This document shows positions 30,104-39,786 of a DNA stretch of 64,000 bases, piece by piece (the first letter of the stretch is position 1; each line of letters starts with the position of its first letter). The translations under genes were made by a program, and so were the position numbers. Origin of the DNA: a virus; IMG/VR virus record IMGVR_UViG_3300042301_003793; one strand, written 5' to 3'. Under the pieces are notes generated by a model. It did no database searches and was not told the DNA's origin. It saw only the letters and a program-made list of their open reading frames with translations.

Positions 30104-31561
30104 ATGTCGATTCATAATTCATATTTCAGTAGAAATAATACTATTGTTTATAGTGGTGAAACAAACACGGGTAGAAATCCTATAATTGAGTTATTTTATG
30201 CCGATGGAGGTGTAAAAATACCTATTGGGTTTTCTAGATGTATATTTGATATTGATTTAACAGAACTTCAAGAAAAGTATAACCAAAAAATTATTTCAAC
30301 TGGCTGTACAACAAATATAAGACACGTATTACGTATGATTAATACGTCATCATTTAGTAGAGATTTTTTAAACACAAAAACATCAGAAGAAAAGGAAAGG
30401 GCAACATCGTTTGATTTAATTGTCTGGAGAATACCTTATGAAGATTTTAATGAAACTTTACCTCAATATTGGGACGAAGGTGTTGGTTATGATTTTTCTG
30501 ATTTAGATTCCGTACCTGGTGATAGAAATTACTCAACAAGACCATCAAATTGGTATTTAAGACAAACTCTTACACCTTGGCAAGAACAAGGTATTTACAA
30601 TAACGAAAACTACGGAAATTTTCCATTTTCGGCATTAACAATTGTTGGTATTCAACACTTTGAATTTGGTAATGAAGATTTGGAGATTGATATGACAAGT
30701 GAAATTGAAGCGATTTTGGATGGTTCATTTGTTAATCCAGTTGGTTGGGGGATATCTTTTTTACCTCAACTTGAAAATTTAACTGGGACAACAACATCAT
30801 ATTATGTTGGTTTTTTTTCTAGACATACTCAAACATTTTATGAACCAAGACTTGAAACAATCTATGATGATTTAATCCAGGATAATAGAAATAACTTTTC
30901 ATTAGGTAAGGTTAACAAATTATATCTTTATACATATGAGGATGGTGATTTTGTAAATTTGGACGAAATACCAAAAGTAACAATTGCAGATCAAACTGGA
31001 ACACCAATACCCGGACTTATTAATTTAGATAGTTGCCAAAGAACAAAAGGTGTTTATGAAATTGCAATACCACCATTATTAAATTATCACTCACCTTGTA
31101 TTTTTACAGATACTTGGAGTAACATAAAATTAAATAATTTTTCTTTACCAAATGTTGTTAATGAATTTGTAATCAAACCATTAGAAAGTTCATTACAGTT
31201 TGGGACAACAACAAATGATCCATCAATCTATGGGTTTGATTTTTATGGTATTAAACAAGATGAAAAAATATTAAATACAGATATCAGAAAAGTTGGTGTG
31301 ATAATTAAAAAGGCATACACAAAAAACCAACAACTACCAAAAGTTGAGGCTTATTATAGGGTGTATGTTAGAGAGGGTCAAACTGAAGTGCAAGTACAAG
31401 ACTGGACAATGTTAAATAGAACACCAAATGAATACTACTTAATTTTTGATACAAGAGATAAGATACCTAATGAATATTATATAGACTTAAAGGTAATTTC
31501 TTCTGGTGAAGTAAATACTTATAAAAGAACAATAAAGTTTCAAATAGTGAATAAAAAATAA
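30104..31561 (+). CDS. Putative virion structural protein
   Basis: 485-aa beta-rich ORF in tail region, preceded by ATATTTAT motif (30083-30090). Confidence 0.55.
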   Translation: MSIHNSYFSRNNTIVYSGETNTGRNPIIELFYADGGVKIPIGFSRCIFDIDLTELQEKYNQKIISTGCTTNIRHVLRMINTSSFSRDFLNTKTSEEKERATSFDLIVWRIPYEDFNETLPQYWDEGVGYDFSDLDSVPGDRNYSTRPSNWYLRQTLTPWQEQGIYNNENYGNFPFSALTIVGIQHFEFGNEDLEIDMTSEIEAILDGSFVNPVGWGISFLPQLENLTGTTTSYYVGFFSRHTQTFYEPRLETIYDDLIQDNRNNFSLGKVNKLYLYTYEDGDFVNLDEIPKVTIADQTGTPIPGLINLDSCQRTKGVYEIAIPPLLNYHSPCIFTDTWSNIKLNNFSLPNVVNEFVIKPLESSLQFGTTTNDPSIYGFDFYGIKQDEKILNTDIRKVGVIIKKAYTKNQQLPKVEAYYRVYVREGQTEVQVQDWTMLNRTPNEYYLIFDTRDKIPNEYYIDLKVISSGEVNTYKRTIKFQIVNKK

Positions 31562-31576
31562 AAAAATATATAAAAA

Positions 31577-32197
31577 ATGGCAACTTATATTATAAACCAA
31601 TGTTTAACCAATATTTCATATAATGTTTCTGGAACAACATTTTCAGAAGGAGAAACAATAGGGTTTTTTATTGGTGAAGATTTCTTTTGTGGCATTGTTG
31701 GACAAGTAACAACCGAACCTATAACACCACTTTCATTATACGATTCTACTTTTACAGATTGTTGTGAGTGTTTAAATAGTTTTACAGAATCTTTAAATTT
31801 TAAATTTATAAAATGTGGTACATTAGAAGAAATTAATATAGAATCAACTAACTTTTGCGAACAATTTGGTACACCAACAACAGGTATTACTTATGAAATA
31901 CAATTTGATTCTGATGTACCATTTTGTGCAACTTTCGAAGGGTTAAGCGAATTGGGTGAAACAAATTATTCATACGTTTCAGGACCTTTTTTAATTTGTG
32001 AAGAGTGTGGACAAGAGCCACCAAGAAGTGCAAATACAGAATCTACAATTTGTGAAATTTGTTGTGATTGTGGTGCAACCGGTAGCACAGTAAATCAAAT
32101 AACACCACCACATCCAGTTTGGACTGATGGTTATGGAACTGAAGTAACTCAATTAAATATGGTTACATTAGGTGGACCTAATGGGTTAAACAATTAA
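31577..32197 (+). CDS. Cys-rich modular protein with conserved C-terminal module
   Basis: Two CxxC-ended modules, then RSANTESTICEICCDC...LGGPNGLN shared with next gene. Confidence 0.7.
   Translation: MATYIINQCLTNISYNVSGTTFSEGETIGFFIGEDFFCGIVGQVTTEPITPLSLYDSTFTDCCECLNSFTESLNFKFIKCGTLEEINIESTNFCEQFGTPTTGITYEIQFDSDVPFCATFEGLSELGETNYSYVSGPFLICEECGQEPPRSANTESTICEICCDCGATGSTVNQITPPHPVWTDGYGTEVTQLNMVTLGGPNGLNN
32021..32118 (+). repeat. 98-bp perfect direct repeat, copy 1 (copy 2 at 34824-34921)
   Basis: CCAAGAAGTGCAAATACAGA...CCACATCCAGT identical in both genes by manual alignment. Confidence 0.95.
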
Positions 32198-32210
32198 AAA
32201 AATATAAAAA

Positions 32211-35000
32211 ATGGCAAGTAATGCAATTTATTGTTATAGTGACATTGAGTTAAATGTAAATTTAAATGGAGAAACAGTTACCGTAGATGAAATCTGGTCG
32301 GCTTGGGATGATGTATCATCCCCTGAACAAACAAAAAGGTATTGTGTTAAAATGACTGATACTAATGATCCTGGTGGTTCACCATTATTAGTACAATCTT
32401 ACACAGATTGTTATGATTGTTTAACAAACAATTATGCAATATATAATTTTTCTAATTGTATCAGAGGTGGTCTTGATTTAAATTTTATAATAACAGCCGA
32501 AGAATTTGGGTCACTACCAAATACAGGGGAAATATTTTATATGACAATACAACGAATTGGAAGAAGTGGTCAAATAGAGGAATATACAAGTTGTTTTCAA
32601 TTTAGAGAGTTAACAATGTTATCTAAAGCGGATTATGAAAAAAACCTTAACGCAGGGAGTAGTTTTTTTACACTAACAACAACGCCAGTATTAGAAACAG
32701 GTTGTCAAGATTGTCTTGCAAATAATTCTTTTACATATGAAGTTAAAAGGTGTTTAGGTGGTGATACAGATTATGTGTCATTAATTAATGATACATATAT
32801 TGGTCATATAATATCTTATTCAAATGGGTTTGAACAATATTGTGGAACCGTACAACAAATTGGTACTGGAACACCTATTTGGACATTTATTAATGATTAT
32901 GGTTTAGGTGGCGACGATGGTAGTGCAACTTGTGATCAGTGTCTTGCAACTGAAAACGAAAAGATATTACTTGTAAGTTGTACAGATTCTGAAGTTTCAC
33001 AAGTTGTTTGGGCTTCAGCTTTATATGATGGAGGTGAAGTTTCAAACCTATCATTAGATACTGGTTGTTTTATTGTAAGCGGTTTAACAGAACTTGATGT
33101 TACAATAAATACATTTTTAAACTTTGACCCACAACCTGGTTGTGAACCTTGTATTGAGTGTAATGGAATTGTTTATTCTTATGAAACTTGTTATGGTGTT
33201 TCTGGATTTACAGAACAAGGCTTTATTGGTTTTGGTAGCGAAAGTGAAGAACCTTTAGCTGTTGGTTATAATCCAGACACACAACATATGTATGTTACAA
33301 CACAATCAACAAGAATGATTATTATTGATCCGGGAACAAACACAGAGTCTTCAAGAAATTCAATACCTAATATACAAGCTCAAGATATATTATATTATAA
33401 TACAGATTTAATGTATCTAACAAATTCAACAGGTAGTGGTGGTATAATTGGGTACGATACTTCACTTGGTGTTATAGGAACAACAACAGCATATAGTTTA
33501 AGTGGTGTATATGTATATTCATATCAACTTGATGGCGATTTACCAAATAATAGATTATTTGTTACTTGTAGTGATTATTCTGTAAAAATATTTGATACAA
33601 ATACAAATACAGTCGCGTCTTCAATCTCAACAGCAAGTGGATACCTTGAGCAATTTTTAGCTTACGACCCAATAAACAATGAAATATACACAACCGTAAG
33701 TAATTATTATACCGTTGAAGTTTATGATGTTGCAACACTATCACATTTACAATCAATTGGGTTAACAGATGGGCCATATGATATTGCTTACGCACCAAAT
33801 AGTAGTAATATGTATGTTACTTGTAGTGGTTATAACAATGTAAAAGTAATTGATACAAACACAAAAACGGTTATTAAAACAATTAATACGACAGAAAATC
33901 CAGGAAAAATAAGATATAATAGTACTGATGGTTATATGTATGTAACAACGTCAAGTGGTTTATTAATTATTAACCCGTTAATAGATGAAATTGTAGTACA
34001 AACCACTGGTTTAGGTGGTTCAATGTGTTGTTTTGGTTTTGATTTTTATGGTTTAAATAATAGACCATACGTTAATACAAATGATTATACTGGTGATGAC
34101 GGTTTAAGGTATTTTGAACTTCAAAACAATGGTTCACAAAGTGGCTATATTAAATCACACCAATATTTACCAAACAATTCAGTTTTTTACAATCCAGCAA
34201 TTAATGAATGTTGCAATATTACTGGAACCGCCTCTGGATATGATGGTGAAGATACATTATATAGTGTTGTTACATTTACAGGAAATGATGACGATTGTTT
34301 AGAATGTGCAACTAATGGTCAACCAAATATACAAATATGGAACGCGTCAGCATGTACGGCATCAAATGTCTATATTACTCTTTATGTCACAACAGATTTG
34401 ACAGCAGTACAAGGTGATATTGTTAAAACAATGTGGGGATCAAATGAATTTGGTTGTGTTCAATTATTAAATACCGTATCTTCTTATAGTGGTTATTACA
34501 CTTACTTTAATACACAAAATAATGGTTCTGGAACAACATTAAGATATGATAGTTGTGAAAATTGTAATTCACAAGGACTTATTGCTGTTACACTTGTAAG
34601 TTGTGAGGCACCATATACAGAACAATTTGTTAGTATAACTTTAAATAATTATTTACAGATTTATAACGTTGGTGGTTTAACAAATTATAGTGTTAGCGAC
34701 CAAAATGGAAATTGTTTTACAATTACAAATTTATGCCCAATACCTTTAACTGAAGAAAGTTTTACACCGGTTGAGTTTTATTTGAATTGTTTTATTTGTT
34801 CTGATGAAAATCCAGACAATGCTCCAAGAAGTGCAAATACAGAATCTACAATTTGTGAAATTTGTTGTGATTGTGGTGCAACCGGTAGCACAGTAAATCA
34901 AATAACACCACCACATCCAGTATGGACAGACGGTTATGGTACTCCTGTTACACAACTTAATATGATTGTTCTTGGAGGGCCTAATGGATTAAACGCATAA
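32211..35000 (+). CDS. Cys-rich modular fibre-like protein with YVTN-type beta-propeller
   Basis: CxxC-ended modules flank ~aa 340-630 of repeats such as MYVTCSGYNNVKVIDTNTKTVIKTI; same C-terminal module as 31577 gene. Confidence 0.75.
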   Translation: MASNAIYCYSDIELNVNLNGETVTVDEIWSAWDDVSSPEQTKRYCVKMTDTNDPGGSPLLVQSYTDCYDCLTNNYAIYNFSNCIRGGLDLNFIITAEEFGSLPNTGEIFYMTIQRIGRSGQIEEYTSCFQFRELTMLSKADYEKNLNAGSSFFTLTTTPVLETGCQDCLANNSFTYEVKRCLGGDTDYVSLINDTYIGHIISYSNGFEQYCGTVQQIGTGTPIWTFINDYGLGGDDGSATCDQCLATENEKILLVSCTDSEVSQVVWASALYDGGEVSNLSLDTGCFIVSGLTELDVTINTFLNFDPQPGCEPCIECNGIVYSYETCYGVSGFTEQGFIGFGSESEEPLAVGYNPDTQHMYVTTQSTRMIIIDPGTNTESSRNSIPNIQAQDILYYNTDLMYLTNSTGSGGIIGYDTSLGVIGTTTAYSLSGVYVYSYQLDGDLPNNRLFVTCSDYSVKIFDTNTNTVASSISTASGYLEQFLAYDPINNEIYTTVSNYYTVEVYDVATLSHLQSIGLTDGPYDIAYAPNSSNMYVTCSGYNNVKVIDTNTKTVIKTINTTENPGKIRYNSTDGYMYVTTSSGLLIINPLIDEIVVQTTGLGGSMCCFGFDFYGLNNRPYVNTNDYTGDDGLRYFELQNNGSQSGYIKSHQYLPNNSVFYNPAINECCNITGTASGYDGEDTLYSVVTFTGNDDDCLECATNGQPNIQIWNASACTASNVYITLYVTTDLTAVQGDIVKTMWGSNEFGCVQLLNTVSSYSGYYTYFNTQNNGSGTTLRYDSCENCNSQGLIAVTLVSCEAPYTEQFVSITLNNYLQIYNVGGLTNYSVSDQNGNCFTITNLCPIPLTEESFTPVEFYLNCFICSDENPDNAPRSANTESTICEICCDCGATGSTVNQITPPHPVWTDGYGTPVTQLNMIVLGGPNGLNA
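34824..34921 (+). repeat. 98-bp perfect direct repeat, copy 2
   Basis: Identical to 32021-32118. Confidence 0.95.
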
Positions 35001-35004
35001 TAAT

Positions 35005-35469
35005 ATGAAGAATTTAGATAGAATAATTAGAAAAGTTTTAAGAGAAGAAGAACATGGGTCATCAAGATATATGTTCTTCTCAAATCTTCAACAAATGAGA
35101 AGACAGTGTGATTTATTGTTAGATTTAGACCAACAAATGGTAGAATCTATTTTAGAAAACGGTCACGATTGGGCTCAAGACCATATAGCCGAAGCAAAAA
35201 ATAATATGGATCAAGTATTTGATTTTATTATGAACGAATCAAAAAAGGATGGTATGGAAATGTCTATGAATATTGATGATAAGGATATGGTTATGTCAGA
35301 AGGAAGAAAGAAAACCGGAACAAAACTATGTGCCAGAGGAAAAGCTGCGGCTAAAGCTAAGTATGATGTTTACCCCAGCGCATATTCAAATGGCTACGGA
35401 ATTCAGGTTTGCCAAGGAAAAAAACCTGGACTTGATGGTAAAAAACATTGTTCTGGAGTTTATTGTTAA
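35005..35469 (+). CDS. Hypothetical protein (putative internal head protein)
   Basis: N-terminal LDRIIRKVLREE motif; C-terminal CARGKAAAKAKYDVYPSAY module. Confidence 0.6.
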   Translation: MKNLDRIIRKVLREEEHGSSRYMFFSNLQQMRRQCDLLLDLDQQMVESILENGHDWAQDHIAEAKNNMDQVFDFIMNESKKDGMEMSMNIDDKDMVMSEGRKKTGTKLCARGKAAAKAKYDVYPSAYSNGYGIQVCQGKKPGLDGKKHCSGVYC

Positions 35470-35485
35470 AAAAATATCAAAATAG

Positions 35486-35518
35486 TTTGGTGTTGTAATT
35501 ATTTTTTCTGTATCTTTG
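35486..35518 (+). promoter_or_regulatory. Bacteroidota-type housekeeping promoter (-33/-7)
   Basis: TTTG (35486-89), 21-nt spacer, TATCTTTG (35511-18), matching TTTG...TAnnTTTG. Confidence 0.75.
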
Positions 35519-35536
35519 TATTATTAAAATAAAGAT

Positions 35537-35968
35537 ATGACAAAAAGAATAATTAGATTTTTTAAAAGATTAAAACTTAGATTTTATTTATTTGGTAAAA
35601 AAGGTAAGATGTTTAAAACATATGAAGAAGAAGTTTCCTCATATGAAAAGACATGTTTCCAGATTTGTTTACAAATGATAAAACACCCATCAACCAAATT
35701 TATGATTGCACCAATGTCTAATAAAAGGTATATTGAAAATAAAGAAATGGACCTTTTTATTACGATGGACTATGGTAGAGTTGATATTACGAATCACGTA
35801 TACCATTATAGTGTAAAATTGACAGGTAGAGATTGGGAAAGAGTTACATATATTTATGATATGGAAACAGAAAAAAGACGTTTAAAATATGAAGAAATAA
35901 TCAACTCTCAGATTAAAAATTCATTACACAATGTATTAGAGAGAATTTCAAATAATGTTAACAAATAA
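35537..35968 (+). CDS. Hypothetical protein
   Basis: 143-aa ORF 18 nt downstream of host-type promoter. Confidence 0.7.
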   Translation: MTKRIIRFFKRLKLRFYLFGKKGKMFKTYEEEVSSYEKTCFQICLQMIKHPSTKFMIAPMSNKRYIENKEMDLFITMDYGRVDITNHVYHYSVKLTGRDWERVTYIYDMETEKRRLKYEEIINSQIKNSLHNVLERISNNVNK

Positions 35969-35978
35969 TTTATATAAT

Positions 35979-36236
35979 ATGAAAAAGTTAGTTTTAGTTT
36001 TCACAATGTTTTTAGCTTTGAACTCATTTGGTCAAACCGTAGAAAACAATCATTCAGAAAATATTGTTTCGGATACCATAAATGTTATGGGTCAACATTT
36101 AAATTTCACTTCAGAATATTCTAAAGAAATGGAAACGTGGTCTAAAGAAAGATTAGAACATTTTAACAAAACTTTTGTATATACTAGAGGTAATTTTAGA
36201 ATACCAGATAAACCTCTTACATTATATAAACCTTAA
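35979..36236 (+). CDS. Small secreted protein (Sec signal peptide)
   Basis: MKKLVLVFTMFLALNSFG|Q; start taken at MKKL. Confidence 0.65.
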   Translation: MKKLVLVFTMFLALNSFGQTVENNHSENIVSDTINVMGQHLNFTSEYSKEMETWSKERLEHFNKTFVYTRGNFRIPDKPLTLYKP

Positions 36237-36237
36237 T

Positions 36238-37605
36238 TTATAGACTATTAAAGTATGTTTCCCAAGATGGGTCAGTACCATAATCCATAGAACAAAAATA
36301 TAAATGACTTTTTCTAAGACCAATTAAAAACATTTTTTCACCATTTTTTCCTTGACCAATACTTTTTTCGTCATCAAGTTCTGTACGTTCTAAAAAATTA
36401 GATGATAACGACTTTTCTGGTGTAACATCTAAAGTAAAAGTTTTAGAATCTGATTCATAAGTTTGTCTAGTTGGGTTTGGTGCGTATTTTAATTCTACTC
36501 TTTTAACACCACCACCATCAATACCACCACGATAATCAGAATCTCCACCATACAATAATCCATATTCTCTAAAATTGTCACCAATAATATCATTTTGACA
36601 AAGTAAATTTAATTTTGCTCCTGGATTTGGTTTTGTTTGTTCATTTAAAACCCTTCTAACAATTCTTGTTAAATCATTTTCTGTTAATGTAATAATTTTT
36701 CTTTTCATACTTTCATTTGTTTTTTTCTTATGTGATACCATTACTGGTTTTTGTCCTTTACCAGATTGTGGGTCATTTTTTTCTGCTTTTCTTTTTTGAC
36801 TACAAGCATTTCTTTTTTCAGAATCTGACATTTTACCCGCAACACCGGCAGCTCTACATTTTGGGTAAGAACCTTTACTGGCATCTGATCTACCACAAGG
36901 TGGATGTTTACCGTCTACCTTTCTACATATATCAACCCAAGGTCCTTTTGGTTGTGACGAACCTTTTGGTTTTTTCTTTTTACCAAACCAAACAGCTAAA
37001 TCTTCATTTATTGTATGTGTATCATATTCATCTTGTTTGTAAGTACCGTCTGAGTTTTTTTCCCATATACCAACAGTTTTTTTAACATTATTTTTAACTG
37101 TTTTTTGTTTTTTTTGATGATTAAACTCAGTATCAATAAATTCTGTAAATGGTGCTAAAATGTTATTTTTCCATTTTTTTAATCCTAATTCAACAGGACC
37201 TGTATATTCCCCAGCTGATTTTGATGTGTCCGCTTCTTTTATTGGTACAATTTCCTTTTTTTTACCAATTTTTTTTTCTTTACCACTTGGTGTTCTATTT
37301 AAAACATTACCATCTTCATCACTATTTGTAGCGTCTGGATGTTTTTTTATAAAATTTGATATTTTTCTTGCTGTTTTTTCTAATGCTCGTATTTGGTCAC
37401 TTCTTAAATCCCAATCGTGGTCATAACTATCATAAGAAACTAAAGGACTTTTATATTCTGACACAGAGTCGGTAAATGGTGCCAGTTCAGATTTGTCAAA
37501 GTCTCTCATACCTGGTTGTAATGGTGGTACATAGGATCCCCTACTTCCAGTTGAATCACCGGTCGCTTCTTTTAATATTTTCTTTATTAAATCCTCAATT
37601 ATCAT
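36238..37605 (-). CDS. Modular hypothetical protein (putative processed internal head polyprotein)
   Basis: Start taken at MIIEDL; two LAPFT-containing repeats, a Cys-containing module (PWVDICRK..PPCGRS..YPKCR), internal MKRKIITLTENDLTRIVRRVLNEQ motif. Confidence 0.6.
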   Translation of the reverse strand: MIIEDLIKKILKEATGDSTGSRGSYVPPLQPGMRDFDKSELAPFTDSVSEYKSPLVSYDSYDHDWDLRSDQIRALEKTARKISNFIKKHPDATNSDEDGNVLNRTPSGKEKKIGKKKEIVPIKEADTSKSAGEYTGPVELGLKKWKNNILAPFTEFIDTEFNHQKKQKTVKNNVKKTVGIWEKNSDGTYKQDEYDTHTINEDLAVWFGKKKKPKGSSQPKGPWVDICRKVDGKHPPCGRSDASKGSYPKCRAAGVAGKMSDSEKRNACSQKRKAEKNDPQSGKGQKPVMVSHKKKTNESMKRKIITLTENDLTRIVRRVLNEQTKPNPGAKLNLLCQNDIIGDNFREYGLLYGGDSDYRGGIDGGGVKRVELKYAPNPTRQTYESDSKTFTLDVTPEKSLSSNFLERTELDDEKSIGQGKNGEKMFLIGLRKSHLYFCSMDYGTDPSWETYFNSL

Positions 37606-37628
37606 TACTATAATAAATATCATAATAT

Positions 37629-37838
37629 ATGGAAAATGAAAATAAACTATTTGGTACTTTATTTAGTTCTATAGATTTAAAATCTGAAGAACATTTAGAT
37701 ATTATACTTTCTACTATGGATGGAGAACACGCAATTTACTATTTAGTTGAATCGGTTAAAGCCGCCCATAAACGAGGTGCTTTTACAATTGGTGAAGTTG
37801 AAGTAATATCAAAAGCAATACGTACTTTATCAAATTAA
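37629..37838 (+). CDS. Hypothetical protein
   Basis: 69-aa ORF followed by terminator. Confidence 0.6.
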   Translation: MENENKLFGTLFSSIDLKSEEHLDIILSTMDGEHAIYYLVESVKAAHKRGAFTIGEVEVISKAIRTLSN

Positions 37839-37868
37839 AAAAGGGTCACCTTAGTAACCCCTTTTATT
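37837..37868. terminator. Bidirectional intrinsic terminator
   Basis: A-tract, GGGTCAC-CTTA-GTAACCC hairpin (one mismatch), T-tract; between convergent genes. Confidence 0.6.
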
Positions 37869-38926
37869 TATTTAATCTTTTTGACCATTGTTCCGTCGTC
37901 ATAAATTTCAATGATAACACCAGTAGTATATATAGGATCAACCTTTTGTCCTAATAAATTAATATAACCTATAATTTTTTTATCTGTAACGTCCCTTGTA
38001 ATAACAATTGGCCCAAATGTTTCAGATTTTCCATCAATATCAAATTGTTGTAATCTATAATAAACAATTTCACTTAAATTATTATCAATATATGAGTAAT
38101 TAATTTTTTCATTACTATTATTAGCCGCATTTTTAATTGTAACTAATTTCCAATTTTCACCATCAATACTTGATTCTAAATCAAAATGACTTGAGTTGTT
38201 TTCAGATTCAGTTGTCCAATTAATTAAATTAAACATTGTATATTCAATACCCTCAAACTGACTTAACTCAACTGGTAATGGGCCACCTATTCTAGTTAAT
38301 TCAAAATTATCCATCCACCATTCTTCACCAGCTGAATTAGCTCTAGCAAATATATCAATTGCAATTTGCGAAGTCCCTGCAGGAATATTAAGTTGTATTA
38401 CAGAGTAACCATCGCCTGTGGATGTTCTATCACCTCCTGCAGATGGTCCTATGGTCGTTAAAGTACCATTGGCAGTTTTAGTATATGCTGTTGAATTATA
38501 GTTCCAAAATGCGTTTGAAGCGCCAGTAATACGAAGTTCATTAACATATGAAGTACCACCGTTTGTTGATAATTGCACTGTGATATAATCACCAATATCA
38601 ACTCCCCGTGTTCCTGATGTTGATGTAAAACGGTAAGACCCTAATCTAAATTTGAATTGATAATCATATGCGGCGTCTACAACTAAGTTAGGAAATGAAT
38701 ACCAATCTGATTCATATGCCGATGTACCATTACCTGTACCATAGATTACAGCACTAGAGGTTGATGAAACAAAGGCATTTGTATAATAACCGGTTGTAGC
38801 AGCTGGAATCCACCAAACACCTGACCAATCAACATCAAATGTTTCTACATAATCAAATTTATAAAGTGTTTGTGATATTAAATTTGTTGTAACCAACATC
38901 AATAGGGTTAAAAAAATGTTTTTCAT
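37868..38926 (-). CDS. Secreted protein resembling Bacteroidota T9SS cargo
   Basis: Signal peptide MKNIFLTLLMLVTTNLIS|Q; GPLPVELSQFEG motif, Ig-like region (YYRLQQFDIDG), C-terminal INLLGQKV...GVIIEIYDDGT..KK. Confidence 0.7.
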   Translation of the reverse strand: MKNIFLTLLMLVTTNLISQTLYKFDYVETFDVDWSGVWWIPAATTGYYTNAFVSSTSSAVIYGTGNGTSAYESDWYSFPNLVVDAAYDYQFKFRLGSYRFTSTSGTRGVDIGDYITVQLSTNGGTSYVNELRITGASNAFWNYNSTAYTKTANGTLTTIGPSAGGDRTSTGDGYSVIQLNIPAGTSQIAIDIFARANSAGEEWWMDNFELTRIGGPLPVELSQFEGIEYTMFNLINWTTESENNSSHFDLESSIDGENWKLVTIKNAANNSNEKINYSYIDNNLSEIVYYRLQQFDIDGKSETFGPIVITRDVTDKKIIGYINLLGQKVDPIYTTGVIIEIYDDGTMVKKIK

Positions 38927-39013
38927 AATTAAGTATTTTTTCTTAATAAATACTTTGAAAAAGTTTAATTATAAAGTAAATTTTGTGTCAAATGAACATT
39001 TAGTGGTGATAGA

Positions 39014-39691
39014 TTATAATTTGTTTGATTTACGGATATTTTCTTCACCCCATAATGGTTGAAGGTTTTCTAATGACCAACAAGACATAAATTCTTTATC
39101 ACCAATTTCTGTAATTTTAAACGATGATATTGGTTTTATATGGTCTACGTGCCACTCACCATAATTATCCCAAGTCATATTATCTTTAAATTTATTTTCT
39201 AAATGTTCTATTAGATTTTCTGGTGAATATTTAAGTATGTCAAAATAGTGTCCGTTTTTTTGAACTTGGTTTTCTTTTAATACTTGGTATATTGCGGTTC
39301 TAAAATTATTAATTAATTTATAGATGGGGTCGTTTGCTTTACGAGTTCTTTCGTAGTTTCTTTTATTTTCTCTGTGTTTATCAATATTTTTTTCTCTCCA
39401 TTCTTTGTGGTATTTAATTAAATGTTCTCTTTTATTTTCAGACCATTTTTTATGATATGTTAATTTTTTTTCTTTGTGTTTTTGGTAATGTCTTTTATCG
39501 GACGCACTTTTACCACCTTTATATTTCATACCAGATGGGCCAATTTTAACATTATTTTCTTTTAAAACTCTTAACACTATATGTCTTTTTATATTCAACT
39601 TTTCAGATATGGAAGGACTACCTAAATATTCTTCGTTATAAAGTCTAATAATTTCATTTTCAACATCCTTATCAATTATTATTTTTTTCAT
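39014..39691 (-). CDS. Free-standing HNH endonuclease
   Basis: WHVDHIKP...SLENLQPLWGEENIRKSN; N-terminal HTH-like segment; start taken at MKKIII. Confidence 0.85.
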   Translation of the reverse strand: MKKIIIDKDVENEIIRLYNEEYLGSPSISEKLNIKRHIVLRVLKENNVKIGPSGMKYKGGKSASDKRHYQKHKEKKLTYHKKWSENKREHLIKYHKEWREKNIDKHRENKRNYERTRKANDPIYKLINNFRTAIYQVLKENQVQKNGHYFDILKYSPENLIEHLENKFKDNMTWDNYGEWHVDHIKPISSFKITEIGDKEFMSCWSLENLQPLWGEENIRKSNKL

Positions 39692-39737
39692 ATAATATAA
39701 ATATAACATAGAACCTATTATTATAAATAATAAATAA

Positions 39738-39763
39738 AAAAAGGTCAGATTTCTCTGACCTTT
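39738..39763 (-). terminator. Intrinsic terminator downstream of major capsid gene
   Basis: AAAGGTCAGA-TTTC-TCTGACCTTT perfect hairpin with T-tract on minus strand. Confidence 0.85.
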
Positions 39764-39786
39764 TCCTTATATTTTTAAGATTTTGA

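Noticed and set aside
32021-35000. Diversity-generating retroelement TR/VR pair
   Set aside because: Mismatches in the diverged part are not adenine-specific and are mostly synonymous, both copies are coding, and no reverse transcriptase is visible.
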